In this document: positions 62,850-64,000 of the stretch, piece after piece
Layout: each line of letters starts with the position of its first letter
Numbering within the stretch: position 1 is the first letter of the stretch
Translations under genes and position numbers: made by a program
Source of the DNA: Azolla caroliniana
Lineage: Eukaryota > Plantae > Polypodiophyta
Length of the DNA stretch: 64,000 nucleotides
Assembly (NCBI GenBank): GCA_043228905.1
Contig: JBHGNT010000001.1
Coordinates: 16,926,001-16,990,000, forward strand
Direction of reading: 5' to 3'
Notes under the pieces: model-generated
Databases searched by the model: none
Seen by the model: only the letters and a program-made list of their open reading frames with translations
What the model was told of the DNA's origin: nothing

Positions 62850-63326
62850 ATTTAAGCATTGTCTGTCTATTGTGATTTGAATTCTGTGACGGTTTCTATA
62901 CACTGTCAACAATAGTCGATGGCATCTTTTAAGGTAGTCAGCCACCACAGGCCGCTATTCCAATTTTTCCTTGCCGTCATTTCTCCTACATAATGACCAC
63001 CGGCAATGCTGCAATGGGCCTCACAGCGAACCGCTTCCTTCTCGTATTGTTGAACCTTCTGCCGCCATATCTCGTTGTTGTTCGGTTGACAATTGCTATT
63101 TTGCCTACAAACTATAAGATGAACGTTAGTCTCAAACGTTCTATCAAAAAGTTGGGGTTAGACGAATAGATACAAATTAGTTGTAAACTTATTGGTGATA
63201 ACAGACACCGAGATCATGACTTAGGTAATATAGCCTAGGCAGAAATAAACAGATGACAAGAAGCAATCTGTACACAGAGATTCCCTAACCAAACTTTATA
63301 TTACTAAATACAATGATAGATTTTTA
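62850..63326 (-). repeat. Duplicate of the J1-integrase / J2-LTR junction (~58600-59040)
   Basis: Same breakpoint GCCGCCATATSTCGT|TGTTGTTCGGTTGA and similar flanks. Confidence 0.85.
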
Positions 63327-64000
63327 TGTTGGGAGACAGGTCCCTCCGGATGGGAAGGGAGAAGAACAGTGCCGACGAACAAACTCGGCCGAGGCCGACA
63401 AGCCGAGGCTGAAACGGTATGAACCGGATGGGGAGTACCCGATTGCGGAGAGCCGGATGGTGTAGGCCCGGTATGAACCGGATGGGGAGTACCCGACTGC
63501 GGAGAGCCGGGTGGTGTAGGCCCGGTATGAACCGGATGGGGAGTACCCGACTACGGAGAGCCGGATGGTGCAGGCCCAGTATGAACCAGAGGAAGAGACA
63601 TATTCGTAAATATGTTTCTGAGAGCCCATCGAGGCTACATTTGTAAATAGCCGAAAAGTTATATTATTATAAATATGACTTAGGGCAAACTTTTAGGTGT
63701 GTCGTTTTTTTTGTTGTTGTTATTCTTCCTTGTTGGTGCAAGAAGAAGTGAGAGCGCGTAACTGTACAGAGAGAGAGAGAGAGAGAGAGAGAGACGAGGT
63801 CGTTGCCTCTGTTGTAACCGCCGCCTGTGGCGAAGATCTGAGAGCACGAGGTCGTTGCCTCAGTGAACTCACTGTTGTATATTCCTACATAGTGACAGTT
63901 TGCAGCCTGTGGGCTGCCGTGGTTTTTTTCCCTATTTTGGGGTTTTCCACGTAAACCTCCTGTGTACCATTTCTCCCTTTTGTGTCGCAGTTCATTACCT
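63327..64000 (+). mobile_element. Copia LTR (family of 30521/35472), running off the window; 57-bp U3 tandem repeats
   Basis: TGTTGGGAGACAGGTCCCTCCGGATGGG, TATAAATATGACTTAGGG, (GA)n. Confidence 0.88.

Overview
This is 64 kb of eukaryotic, plant-type repeat DNA. The element types suggest a large-genome non-seed plant such as a fern, which is an inference. I see no ordinary host gene, rRNA, tRNA or CRISPR array. About 80% is a stack of nested, mostly decayed Ty3/gypsy and Ty1/copia LTR retrotransposons and solo LTRs, plus one intact, very young copia element (49702-54997). Three things stand out. (1) An 8.8-kb Sola2-like DNA transposon (13414-22236; 25-bp TIRs, ATAG TSD) carries a spliced DDD transposase and a convergent, apparently intact 5-exon gene for a 373-aa RING-H2-like protein. 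It also has three internal tandem-repeat families, including two >1-kb arrays of the palindrome TAGCTAATTAGCTA, which also lies beside both TIRs. (2) An intron-containing, now pseudogenised, bacterial-type beta-class DNA amino-methyltransferase (N6A/N4C fold) gene lies at 38726-40510, with a second fragment nearby. (3) Two related gypsy families have a long extra ORF downstream of integrase that appears to run through the position of the polypurine tract into the 3' LTR, so no PPT is visible. All coordinates were read by eye and no database searches were run.
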